From Candidatus Magasanikbacteria bacterium RIFOXYC2_FULL_42_28 (GTDB lineage Bacteria > Patescibacteriota > Patescibacteriia > Magasanikbacterales > GWA2-37-8), in NCBI GenBank assembly GCA_001784435.1, contig MFQZ01000009.1, positions 11,324-75,323 of the forward strand: a stretch of 64,000 nucleotides of DNA. Reading direction: 5' to 3'. Shown here piece after piece: positions 8,315 through 17,088 of the stretch. Numbering within the stretch: position 1 is the stretch's first letter; each line of letters begins with the position of its first letter. The translations under genes and the position numbers were made by a program. The notes beneath the pieces are model-generated. The model searched no databases and had not been told where the DNA came from. It was given only the letters and a program-made list of their open reading frames with translations.

Positions 8315-8350
8315 CTCTCAATAAGAGCGGACGACCTCTAACTTTAATTT

Positions 8351-8737
8351 ATGACAAAAACTACTTACACTAAAGAATTTTTAGACAAAATAAAAAAATC
8401 CCTCACTGCCGAAAAGGCGCGTTTAGAGGCGGATTTAGCTAAATTCACTACCAAAAATACTCACACTTCCGATGATTACGACAGCACCTTTCCGTCTTAT
8501 GGCGATAAGGAAGATGAAAACGCCAACGAAGTCGCGGACTACGCGGCCAATTTAACTTTGGAGGACTCTTTGGAAAAAACCTTACGCGATGTCAACCAAT
8601 CGCTTGATCGCTTAAAAAAAGGCACCTACGGCGTTTGCAAATACTGCAAAAAGGAAATTGGGATAAAACGTTTAGAAGCGCGCACTACTTCCAGCGCCTG
8701 CGTGGAATGCAAAAAAGCGATTACCCAAGAAGTTTAA
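8351..8737 (+). CDS. DksA/TraR-family C4 zinc-finger protein
   Basis: An N-terminal coiled-coil region is followed by a C-terminal zinc finger, GTYGVCKYCKKEIGIKRLEARTTSSACVECKK (CxxC-17-CxxC). Confidence 0.65.
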   Translation: MTKTTYTKEFLDKIKKSLTAEKARLEADLAKFTTKNTHTSDDYDSTFPSYGDKEDENANEVADYAANLTLEDSLEKTLRDVNQSLDRLKKGTYGVCKYCKKEIGIKRLEARTTSSACVECKKAITQEV

Positions 8738-8742
8738 ATTAT

Positions 8743-9180
8743 ATGTGGAGGCAAAAATCCCTGACCATAATTTTGGCGGGATTTTTTTTGTCACTGGACC
8801 AATTTCTAAAATACCGCGCACTGGGCGCTTGGCCGGAAAAAATTCTGTTAAACAAATTCTTCGGCTGGCAACCGTTTTTAAATGACGGCGTGGCGTTTGG
8901 TTTGCCCGTGCCAATGGTGATTATTACGGTGATGTCAATTTTGATAATCGCGATGTTTGTATTCTTGTTGACACGCGATGATAAAATAAAAAACAATTTT
9001 GGGATTTTTGCTTGCTTATCAATTGCCACCGCCGGCGCGCTCTCCAATTTAATTGACCGAATAATTTACGGACACACCGTTGATTATATTTTAATTTTTA
9101 CGGGGATTATTAATTTAGCGGATGTTTTGATTGTGATGGGGGTGGGTGGCTATATTTGGTATAAGAAAAACGATAAATAG
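8743..9180 (+). CDS. lspA: Lipoprotein signal peptidase (signal peptidase II)
   Basis: NDGVAFGLP, ATAGALSNLIDRIIYGHTVDYI and NLADVLIVMGV match the Lsp signature blocks. The start is at MWRQKSLTIILAGFF (8743). Confidence 0.8.
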   Translation: MWRQKSLTIILAGFFLSLDQFLKYRALGAWPEKILLNKFFGWQPFLNDGVAFGLPVPMVIITVMSILIIAMFVFLLTRDDKIKNNFGIFACLSIATAGALSNLIDRIIYGHTVDYILIFTGIINLADVLIVMGVGGYIWYKKNDK

Positions 9181-9204
9181 ATACCTTTTAATTTCCAAAT
9201 CCAC

Positions 9205-9304
9205 TTGTCATTCCGACAACGAAGGAGGAATCTCTATCCCGTTGGCTATTGCAGGCCAAATGGAGATCCCTCGTCGGATGCGAATCCTCACTCGGGATGA
9301 CAAA
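9205..9304 (+). mobile_element. RPE-like palindromic repeat (family 1), intergenic copy
   Basis: TTGTCATTCCGACAACGAAGGAGGAATCTCTATCCC...CAAATGGAGATCCCTCGTCGGATGCGAATCCTCACTCGGGATGACAA. Confidence 0.65.
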
Positions 9305-9348
9305 AAACGCTTGGTAACCAAAAAATAATTAGTTAATTTTCAACAACT

Positions 9349-10857
9349 ATGTTTTTCAAACTCCAAACCGCCGCCACCGTCGGCCTAGACGCTCGCCCCG
9401 TTGATGTAGAAGTAGACATCAGCAAAGGCCAAACGATGTTCAACATCGTCGGCCTCGCCGACACATCCATCAAAGAAGCGCGCGACCGCGTCCATTCGGC
9501 TTTGAAAAATTCCGGATTTAATTATCCGTTTAATTTTCGGATTTTAATAAATTTAGCGCCGGCGGATTTACCAAAAGAAGGCACGGGCTATGATTTGCCG
9601 ATAGCGGTTGGACTGATTGCCGTGTCGCAAAACATCGCTTTGAATACCGCGGACTCCTTGCTCGTGGGACAGTTGGCATTGGACGGTGCCGTGCGCCACA
9701 CCCCCGGGATTTTACCAATGGCGGTGTATGCCAAATCCGCCGGTTGTCGCGCCTTGTATGTGCCGGCAATGGACGCGCCCGAGGCGGCGCTCGTGCGGGG
9801 TCTGACAATTTATCCGGTCAAAAATTTAACGCAGATAATGGATCATTTAACCGGCAAAGATTTAATCGCGCCCTATGTGGCCGAAGCACCAGCGCCATTT
9901 ATCGCGGACGCGGGCGGGTTAGATATGAGCATGATTAAAGGCCAAGAATTCGCCAAGCGCGCGTTAGAAGTCGCGGCCGCCGGTGGCCATAATATTTTGT
10001 TGTCCGGCCCACCCGGTTCGGGAAAAACTTTGCTCGCCCGCACTTTGCCTTCTATCTTACCACCACTACTCACTGACGAAGCATTAGAAATTACCAAAAT
10101 TTATTCTATCGCTGGCCTGTTGCCATCTGGTTTAATTATGGAACGACCATTTCGCGGACCACACCACACCATTTCGCATGTCGCGCTTGTGGGCGGTGGA
10201 AGATGTCCGCGCCCGGGCGAAATTTCACTGTCACATCGCGGGGTTTTATTTTTAGATGAATTTCCGGAATTTCCGCGCACAGTTTTGGAGGCGCTCCGCC
10301 AACCTTTGGAAGATGGTCAAATTACCATTGCCCGCGCGCACGGCTCTTTAACTTTTCCCGCGCGTTTTATTTTAGTGGCCAGTCAAAATCCGTGCCCCTG
10401 TGGCTACAATTCGGACCCCGACAAGGCCTGCACTTGCTCATCAGCGCAAATTTCCAATTACACGCGCAAAATCAGTGGACCGATTTTGGATAGAATTGAT
10501 TTACAAGTAGAAGTCCCCCGCGTGCCGTTTGAAAAATTATCCGATTCGTCTTTGGCCGAATCATCGGCCGTGATTGCCGAGCGCGTGCGCGTGGCGCGTG
10601 ACCGCCAAACCGAACGACTGGCCAACACCAAAATTTTAACCAACAGCGAAATGGGTAATGCCGAAATTCGCGCTCATTGCCAATTAGACAAAGAATCCGT
10701 GGCGCTACTCCGTAGCGCGGTTGACCGCTTACATTTATCCGCGCGAGCGTATGGCCGAATTTTAAAATTGGCCAGGACGATTGCAGATTTGAATGCGCGT
10801 GAGAATATTGAGGTGGTGGATATTGCGGAGGCGCTACAGTATCGGGGGAAGGAGTAA
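9349..10857 (+). CDS. comM: Mg-chelatase-like AAA+ ATPase, YifB/ComM family
   Basis: 502 aa. It has an N-terminal Lon-like domain, Walker A GPPGSGKT, VLFLDEFPEF, and a C-terminal Mg-chelatase subunit ChlI domain. Confidence 0.85.
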   Translation: MFFKLQTAATVGLDARPVDVEVDISKGQTMFNIVGLADTSIKEARDRVHSALKNSGFNYPFNFRILINLAPADLPKEGTGYDLPIAVGLIAVSQNIALNTADSLLVGQLALDGAVRHTPGILPMAVYAKSAGCRALYVPAMDAPEAALVRGLTIYPVKNLTQIMDHLTGKDLIAPYVAEAPAPFIADAGGLDMSMIKGQEFAKRALEVAAAGGHNILLSGPPGSGKTLLARTLPSILPPLLTDEALEITKIYSIAGLLPSGLIMERPFRGPHHTISHVALVGGGRCPRPGEISLSHRGVLFLDEFPEFPRTVLEALRQPLEDGQITIARAHGSLTFPARFILVASQNPCPCGYNSDPDKACTCSSAQISNYTRKISGPILDRIDLQVEVPRVPFEKLSDSSLAESSAVIAERVRVARDRQTERLANTKILTNSEMGNAEIRAHCQLDKESVALLRSAVDRLHLSARAYGRILKLARTIADLNARENIEVVDIAEALQYRGKE

Positions 10858-10870
10858 ATAAAATTTCAAA

Positions 10871-10969
10871 TTGTCATTTCGACGACGAAGGAGAAATCTC
10901 TATCCCAATCGATTACCAATGGAGATCCCTCGTCCCGACTAAGTCGGGAGTCCTCGCTCGGGATGACAA
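10871..10969 (+). mobile_element. RPE-like palindromic repeat (family 1), the fullest copy
   Basis: TTGTCATTTCGACGACGAAGGAGAAATCTCTATCCCAATCGATTACCAATGGAGATCCCTCGTCCCGACTAAGTCGGGAGTCCTCGCTCGGGATGACAA, 13 nt after the comM stop. Confidence 0.7.
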
Positions 10970-10971
10970 AA

Positions 10972-10996
10972 ACCGCCAAACGACTGGCGGTTTTTT
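10972..10996 (+). terminator. Rho-independent terminator hairpin (CCGCCAAACGACTGGCGG + T6)
   Basis: A GC stem followed by TTTTTT. Confidence 0.5.
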
Positions 10997-11039
10997 CAAT
11001 TGGGGATAACTTCTACTAAAATGTCTTGTGTGTGTGTAG

Positions 11040-11350
11040 ATTAACTGATACCATAAATCTTACCGGGCCCCGTGCAACGCACGGACTTTCCCCGGAGGAG
11101 GAACGAAGCTATGGCGACCAAACACGAGCACCGGCAGAAGACCTACGCGAAGAAGAAGGCCCAGATCAAGAAGATCGACGGCGACACCCGCACGACGAAG
11201 ACGACCGCCTAGCTCATCTCGCCGAGCAAAGTGGTCAATGCCCTCAAACACCCCCGCGGGGCCAACGCCCCCAACAAGCCGAACCATTCGGCTGGCTCGC
11301 TTTTCTGGGGGCTGTCGCTCTTTTTTTTCATCGCTCCCACCCAAGCGCTC
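11040..11350. other. GC-rich (~60%) islet with a Shine-Dalgarno-led 33-aa basic mini-ORF (11111..11212)
   Basis: GGAGGAGG lies 7 nt before ATG, and the ORF reads MATKHEHRQKTYAKKKAQIKKIDGDTRTTKTTA. The composition contrasts with the flanks. The 121- and 94-aa track ORFs here look like GC-driven artefacts. Confidence 0.2.
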
Positions 11351-11475
11351 AGGCCCCCTACATTTTTCAAAATACTATAATAGTGTTGTGAAAAGTATCA
11401 TTGGCCTGAGAAAAAATGTCTGCCTCCGAAAATTAAAAATATCTGCCAAATAAGGCGGATATTTTTTGTTAACAG

Positions 11476-12036
11476 TTATTTAGCCATCGCCAACTGCGTC
11501 GGCACGGGCACAATTTCCGGATAATAAACCTCTACAACCAAACGCTTCACCCCAAACTTCATGGCTTCAGCGCGGGTGGTATCTAACCAAATGTCAAAAC
11601 GTTCACAACCATATTTTTTATTCATCCGGTCAGAAACACGGAGTACCAAATTCTTGTCATATTCAGGGATCTTCACAGCGGTATTATGTTTCAAACAGTT
11701 ATTGGCAATCATGCCATCATATACCTGCTCGCCCCAAGCGGCCGTAAACGGATCATCGTCGGTTTGGCCCTTCGTGCTGGTATAAGCCGTAATTACCCCA
11801 TTTATTGTATAACTTGGCTTTTTATCAATATACGGGTAAAACATGCGGTCGGCCTGGGTTTGGCTTAAAACATGGTTTTTGTCGGTATTTTGGCTAATAT
11901 CAGCCAAAACAGTGGTCGGAATGACAATTTGCCACAAAATAGCGCCCAACATAGCCAAATTATAGGCAATATTGGTATACTTGTGGTTGTTTTTTGGCTT
12001 AAATAACATATTTTTAGAAATTAAAAAGGATACCAT
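11476..12036 (-). CDS. 3D-domain (RlpA/MltA-like double-psi beta-barrel) protein, membrane-anchored
   Basis: TSTKGQTDDDPFTAAWGE...LRVSDRMNKKYGCERFDIWLD shows the three conserved Asp of the 3D domain. The start is MVSFLISKN (12036), because the track's N-terminus runs into the family 2 repeat. Confidence 0.55.
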   Translation of the reverse strand: MVSFLISKNMLFKPKNNHKYTNIAYNLAMLGAILWQIVIPTTVLADISQNTDKNHVLSQTQADRMFYPYIDKKPSYTINGVITAYTSTKGQTDDDPFTAAWGEQVYDGMIANNCLKHNTAVKIPEYDKNLVLRVSDRMNKKYGCERFDIWLDTTRAEAMKFGVKRLVVEVYYPEIVPVPTQLAMAK

Positions 12037-12118
12037 ATACCGGTACCCCTGATTTGCTAACTGAATAGTATAGCACAAATTGGCATTTTTGTCAAGATGA
12101 GGTATAATATCCCTGAAA

Positions 12119-12228
12119 TGACAAATGTCAAATTTCCAATTTCCAATCAAATCCAAATTTCCAATATCAAATTAGACATTTTGATTTTGACATTGATTTG
12201 ACATTGGAAATTTGGATTTTGAAATTAT
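12119..12228 (+). repeat. Family 2 long palindromic element
   Basis: TGACAAATGTCAAATTTCCAATTTCCAATCAAATCCAAATTTCC...TTTGACATTGGAAATTTGGATTTTGAAATTATCAC. It lies in the divergent intergenic region and ends 6 nt before the pbp start. Confidence 0.7.
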
Positions 12229-12234
12229 CACCCC

Positions 12235-15126
12235 ATGCCCATCCCACAGTTACGTCCCCGCAAAACTAGAACTTACGGTATTCTGGGTGATTCTCCTCGC
12301 CGTAATTTTTCGTTTTTAAAAAAATTCCGTTTCCCGCGCTTTTGGCAACGACGCGAAGGTAGTCGCGGTTGGTTAAAAAAATTAATTAAGCCGGCCATCG
12401 CTCTTTTGGCACTTGGTATTATTAGTATTACGGCTATGGTCGCTTGGGTGAGCAGAGATTTACCAGATCCAAATAATTTATCCGGCCGACAAATCGCGCA
12501 AAGCACCAAAATTTACGACCGCACGGGCGAACATTTGCTTTACGAAATTTATCAAAACCAAAAACGCACTACCGTGGAATTAAATCAAATTTCTCCCTGG
12601 GTGGCGAAGGCAACCGTGGCGGTGGAGGACCGATTATTTTACGAACATAGTGGCGTGCGCATAGTCAGCATCATTCGCGCTGGCATAAACAATTTGCTCG
12701 GACGCAGCGCCGGTTCGGGCGGAGCGTCAACTTTGACACAACAATTTATTAAAAACGCCGTGGTCGGCGATGAACATAGTATTTTCCGAAAAATTAAAGA
12801 GGCGATTTTGGCATTGCGACTGGAACGCAAATACAGCAAAGACGAAATCATGAAAATGTATTTGAACGAGGTACCCTATGGTTCCACTAATTACGGTGTG
12901 GAATCAGCGAGTCAAAGTTATTTTAAAAAACCCGCTTCCGAATTAACCTTACCCGAAGCCGCGACGCTCGCCGCGATTGTAAAAGCGCCCACTCGTTATT
13001 TAAACAATCCGGAATCATTACGCGACCGACGTGATTTGGTTTTGCGTTTAATGTTTGATCAGGGAATGATTACGGAGAACGAAAAAACCGAGGCGCAAGA
13101 TTCCGCTCTACGCCTATATCGCAATATCGGCATTATGGAAGCGCCCCATTTTGTCTTATATGTTAAGCAATTGTTAGCCGAACAATTTGGTGAAAGTTTG
13201 GTTGATACCGGCGGACTAAAAATTATCACCACGCTCGATTATGACAAGCAAATCTCCGCGCAAAATATTATAAAAGAACAGGGCGACAAATTCGCCAAGG
13301 ACTCCAACGCCAACAACGCGGCGCTCGTGTCAATTGATCCTAAAACCGGTGAAATTTTGGCAATGGTGGGATCACGCGATTTTGCCAATGAAGAAATTGA
13401 CGGCCAATTTAACGTGGCGATTTTAGGGCGACGTCAACCTGGGTCGTCATTTAAACCGTTTGTGTATTTGGCGGCATTTGAAAAAGGATACACGCCCGAA
13501 ACCGTGCTCTATGACACCATCACCAATTTTGAACAGCGCGCCAATGGCGACGATTATATTCCTAAAAATTACGATGGCAAAGAACACGGACTGTTAACGA
13601 TGCGCACGGCTTTGCAAGGATCGCTTAATATTCCGGCGGTCAAAACCTTGTATTTGGTGGGGCAGGAAAAAGTGATTGATATTGCCAAACGTTTTGGCTA
13701 TACCACTTTGACTGCCGACAAAGTAAAAAATGCCGGCTTGAGTTTGGTATTGGGTGGGGCGGAATTAAATTTGTTGGAACACACCGCGGCCTTTGCCACG
13801 CTCGCCAATAACGGCGTCTATCATAAACCGACCAGCATTTTGAAAGTTACTAACCCCCAAGAAGAAACTTTATTTGAGAAAAAAGAAAACGTGGGCGTCG
13901 AGGCGACAACGCCGGAATTGGCCGCGCTCGTCAGTAATGTTTTAAGTGACAATAACGCGCGCGCATATATTTTTGGCTTAAACAATAATTTAGTGTTACC
14001 GGACCGACCGGTCGCGACCAAAACCGGCACGACCAATGACAACAAAGACGCTTGGACAATGGGGTATACGCCCGCGCTTGCTACGGGTGTGTGGGTGGGC
14101 AACACTATCCCCACGCCAATGAAAGCCGGGGGCAACACTTTGGCCGGAACAATCTGGAATAAATTCATGCGCACAAGCACAACAAATATGCCGGTAGAAA
14201 ATTTCCCCGAAGCGCCAACCAGCACCGCGACCAAACCGATTTTGCGGGGCGCGTCCGGTGGTATTATTTTGAAAATAAATTCCGTGAATGGTAAAATCGC
14301 GGTATCTACCACGCCCGAACATTTAATCGTGGAGAAAAAATATTTGCTACCGCACGATATTTTACATTATGTGATAAAAGACGACCCTGCCGGACCGATA
14401 CCAATGAGCCCGGCCGATGATCCGCAATACAGCCGGTGGGAAGATGGCTTGCGCGCTTGGATTGAAAAATCCGTGGCCGCGGGCGAGCAATTAACTTTGG
14501 AAGAACCGCCGAGCGAATTAGACAATAATCAATCACCGGAATTAGCGCCCATTGTCAAAATTATCACCCCTATCAATGGCCAAATTATTACCAACCGCGA
14601 ATTGTACTTGGAGGCAACCGCTTCGGCTCCGCGCGGGATCAGTCGTGTTACTTTTCTGATTGATGGCGCGCCGGCCGGAACGGTTAATGCTCCACCGTTT
14701 GTGGTAAATTATCAAGCCAAAATTTTAGAAAATGGCCAACATGTTTTGCGCGCTTATGCCGAAGATGATATGGGGAACAGCGCGGTAGCCGAACAACTAT
14801 TTGTATTGGACGCGCCCCAGGGGCCACCGGAATTTGTTTGGGCTGAAAATGATAATTTAAAATTAGAAGCGACTGATTTCCCGCGCGCGCTAAAAATAAA
14901 AGTATACCGCTGGAACGAAGTTAAGGACTTGCGTATATTTTTATACAGCGCCGGCCCCACCAAATATATTTACAATTTCAAACCAAACGAAGACAAAGCC
15001 GAAAACGGCCAATTAAACTTTGAATGGAACACCTATCCGGGCGCGGGCAACTACCAAATTAAGGGGGTGCTGACCGGTAGTGATGGGCAGACAACGGAGC
15101 AAACGCTCGCGGTGACGGTGGAATAA
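12235..15126 (+). CDS. Class A penicillin-binding protein (glycosyltransferase + transpeptidase) with a C-terminal Ig-like extension
   Basis: GT motifs EDRLFYEHSGV and GASTLTQQFIKN. TP motifs SSFKPFVY (SxxK), SLN and KTGTT. The C-terminal ~250 aa form a beta-rich extension. Confidence 0.85.
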   Translation: MPIPQLRPRKTRTYGILGDSPRRNFSFLKKFRFPRFWQRREGSRGWLKKLIKPAIALLALGIISITAMVAWVSRDLPDPNNLSGRQIAQSTKIYDRTGEHLLYEIYQNQKRTTVELNQISPWVAKATVAVEDRLFYEHSGVRIVSIIRAGINNLLGRSAGSGGASTLTQQFIKNAVVGDEHSIFRKIKEAILALRLERKYSKDEIMKMYLNEVPYGSTNYGVESASQSYFKKPASELTLPEAATLAAIVKAPTRYLNNPESLRDRRDLVLRLMFDQGMITENEKTEAQDSALRLYRNIGIMEAPHFVLYVKQLLAEQFGESLVDTGGLKIITTLDYDKQISAQNIIKEQGDKFAKDSNANNAALVSIDPKTGEILAMVGSRDFANEEIDGQFNVAILGRRQPGSSFKPFVYLAAFEKGYTPETVLYDTITNFEQRANGDDYIPKNYDGKEHGLLTMRTALQGSLNIPAVKTLYLVGQEKVIDIAKRFGYTTLTADKVKNAGLSLVLGGAELNLLEHTAAFATLANNGVYHKPTSILKVTNPQEETLFEKKENVGVEATTPELAALVSNVLSDNNARAYIFGLNNNLVLPDRPVATKTGTTNDNKDAWTMGYTPALATGVWVGNTIPTPMKAGGNTLAGTIWNKFMRTSTTNMPVENFPEAPTSTATKPILRGASGGIILKINSVNGKIAVSTTPEHLIVEKKYLLPHDILHYVIKDDPAGPIPMSPADDPQYSRWEDGLRAWIEKSVAAGEQLTLEEPPSELDNNQSPELAPIVKIITPINGQIITNRELYLEATASAPRGISRVTFLIDGAPAGTVNAPPFVVNYQAKILENGQHVLRAYAEDDMGNSAVAEQLFVLDAPQGPPEFVWAENDNLKLEATDFPRALKIKVYRWNEVKDLRIFLYSAGPTKYIYNFKPNEDKAENGQLNFEWNTYPGAGNYQIKGVLTGSDGQTTEQTLAVTVE

Positions 15127-15227
15127 TTTTAAAATAAAAATTTTGCAATATTTCTATAACCAAAATGGACTTCTAAAAAAAATTAAGGTATAATATCACC
15201 AACAATTTATTAATTAATTTATCATCT

Positions 15228-15647
15228 ATGATAAATCTGCAAACGGTGGAAAACAAACTCCACCACCCACACGTCGGCCTGCTCCTCACTCGCGTTGCGC
15301 TCGCACTCGTATTTATTCACGCCGGCTGGTTAAAAGTGACCGACATGGATATGGTGCTAACCGGATTCGCCTCCATGGGCTTTCCGGCATTTTTGGCTTA
15401 CTTTGTGTCCTATGCCGAGTTAATCGGCGGTGTTGCCCTGCTACTGGGCTTGGGGGTGCGCTACGTTGGTATCGTGCTCGCAGTTATTATGCTTGTGGCC
15501 ACGAAAGTTCTGTTTGGTAATGGCTTTGGTTTGATGGGGGGCGGTTACGAATACACCCTCATATTAATGTTATTATTGATAGCGGTGGTTACGACCGGTC
15601 CGGGAAAATATTCAGTAGAACAAATGATGAAAAAATCGGCGGTTTAA
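15228..15647 (+). CDS. DoxX-family membrane protein
   Basis: 139 aa with 4 TM helices and LLLTRVALALVFIHAGWLK, as in DoxX. Confidence 0.65.
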   Translation: MINLQTVENKLHHPHVGLLLTRVALALVFIHAGWLKVTDMDMVLTGFASMGFPAFLAYFVSYAELIGGVALLLGLGVRYVGIVLAVIMLVATKVLFGNGFGLMGGGYEYTLILMLLLIAVVTTGPGKYSVEQMMKKSAV

Positions 15648-15662
15648 AATTTTTTTATAACT

Positions 15663-15696
15663 AAAAATATCCCGACTTAGTCGGGATATTTTTTTG
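15663..15696 (+). terminator. Terminator hairpin AAAATATCCCGACTTAGTCGGGATATTTTTTT
   Basis: A perfect hairpin plus T-run. The loop CCCGACTTAGTCGGG is related to the internal hairpin of family 1 repeats. Confidence 0.6.
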
Positions 15697-15712
15697 TAGT
15701 AAAAAACTCAAA

Positions 15713-16828
15713 CTACTGCCGTATCGGCATCACAATATACAAATAACTCTCATCTTTCTCCGGCGCGAGTACGCACGGGCTGTCGGCGTTAATCATCTTC
15801 ATGTACACCCGCTCACCGCGGATGCCATTGAGGCCATCCAACAAATAGCGATGGTTTAAGTTGATATTATTTTCTTCACCCACAATATCCGCGCTAATTT
15901 GGGAACTATATTCGCCGGTTTGGGTGGACGATGACGCGAGCGCGACGCTCTCGCCGGCGAATTTAAATACTACCGCATTAACACCGGTCGTAGAAAACAA
16001 ACTGGCGGCTTTTATTTCTTTGGTTAACTGCGCCAAAGACATACCAGCAGTAGTTTTAAAATCCTTGGGAATAATTTGAGTGTAATCCGGATATTTTCCG
16101 TCCACTAAACGCGACACTAATTGCGCGCCATCGTAATGAATCACTAATTGATTTTCATTAATTAAAATCCGCACGTTTTTTTCCGCTTCTGAGCTGGCCG
16201 CGGATAATAGATGATGGATTTCTTGCGCCGTGCGTCCAGGCACAATTGCTGAAAATGATTCTTCGCCTTGGGTTAATTTAATTTTTTTCTCGGCCAAGCG
16301 ATAACTGTCGGTGGAGGCCATGACAAGCCCTTTAAAACCTTCGGGGTTAAATGAGAAAAACACCCCGGATAATTCCGGACGAATATCGTTGCGCGCGAGC
16401 GCGGGGGTAACTTGCGCCAAACCATTTTTAAAATCTTCGGCTGACACGGTAAAACCATGGCCGTCTTTACTTTGAGGAACAACCGGGAAATCATCGGCCG
16501 GCGAACCCTTAATTTTGGTAGTGGCGCGATCACAGGTTACCACCAGTTCATTATTTACCAACTCCAAATCCACTTTTTCACCCGACAAGAAATTTACAAA
16601 ATCGGCCAATGTTCGTGCCGGCACGGTAAACTGACCTGGCTCATCCACCTTGGCTCGCAAATACGCCACCATTGCCAATTCTAAATTAGTGGCGACTATT
16701 TCCACGGTTTGGGTGTCGGCTTTAATTAAAACATTTCCCAAAATCGGCAGATTAATATTTTTTCCCGCTATCCCACCCACGAGAGATAACACGAGCGCTA
16801 AATTGTCCTTGGTGCATGATAATTTCAT
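15713..16828 (-). CDS. dnaN: DNA polymerase III beta sliding clamp
   Basis: 371 aa in three-domain beta-clamp layout. The N-terminus MKLSCTKDNLALVLSLVGGIAGKNINLPILGNVLIKA is typical. Confidence 0.9.
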   Translation of the reverse strand: MKLSCTKDNLALVLSLVGGIAGKNINLPILGNVLIKADTQTVEIVATNLELAMVAYLRAKVDEPGQFTVPARTLADFVNFLSGEKVDLELVNNELVVTCDRATTKIKGSPADDFPVVPQSKDGHGFTVSAEDFKNGLAQVTPALARNDIRPELSGVFFSFNPEGFKGLVMASTDSYRLAEKKIKLTQGEESFSAIVPGRTAQEIHHLLSAASSEAEKNVRILINENQLVIHYDGAQLVSRLVDGKYPDYTQIIPKDFKTTAGMSLAQLTKEIKAASLFSTTGVNAVVFKFAGESVALASSSTQTGEYSSQISADIVGEENNINLNHRYLLDGLNGIRGERVYMKMINADSPCVLAPEKDESYLYIVMPIRQ

Positions 16829-16832
16829 ATAA

Positions 16833-17088
16833 TTTATTTATTTTTTGGTAGTGTATTGGTTTATTATATCTAATTAATAGTAATAATAAGGGTGGGGATA
16901 GTGGGGATAATTTCGTTTTTTATTTTATCTTAGCCAATTTAGGAGTGGATAATTTTTTTTATTTTTTAATAACTATGATGTGAGTTTGGGGATAACTATT
17001 TGGGTTTGTTTATTTTAAAAATTTGGTGGGGATAGAGGTGTGAGGGTGGGGATAAACTATACGAGTTATCAACAAAGTTATACACAAT
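16833..17088. promoter_or_regulatory. oriC-like region: cluster of six or more DnaA boxes (TGGGGATAA / GTGGATAA) with an AT-rich unwinding stretch
   Basis: GGTGGGGATAGTGGGGATAA, AGTGGATAA, TTGGGGATAA and GGTGGGGATAG...GGTGGGGATAA lie between dnaN and dnaA. An AT-rich stretch is at 16905-16980. Confidence 0.6.

Noticed and set aside
9146-9328. 60-aa ORF spanning the 9205 repeat copy
   Set aside because: It reads through a palindromic repeat element and has no start context. Likewise the N-termini of track ORFs 19436, 22032..22331 and 22301..22621 run into repeats, so shorter starts were used.
11026-11453. Track ORFs of 121, 94 and 71 aa in the GC-rich islet
   Set aside because: They are mutually overlapping in three frames and Arg/Pro/Gly-rich, as expected from GC-rich non-coding DNA. 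Only the short SD-led ORF is retained, as a low-confidence candidate.
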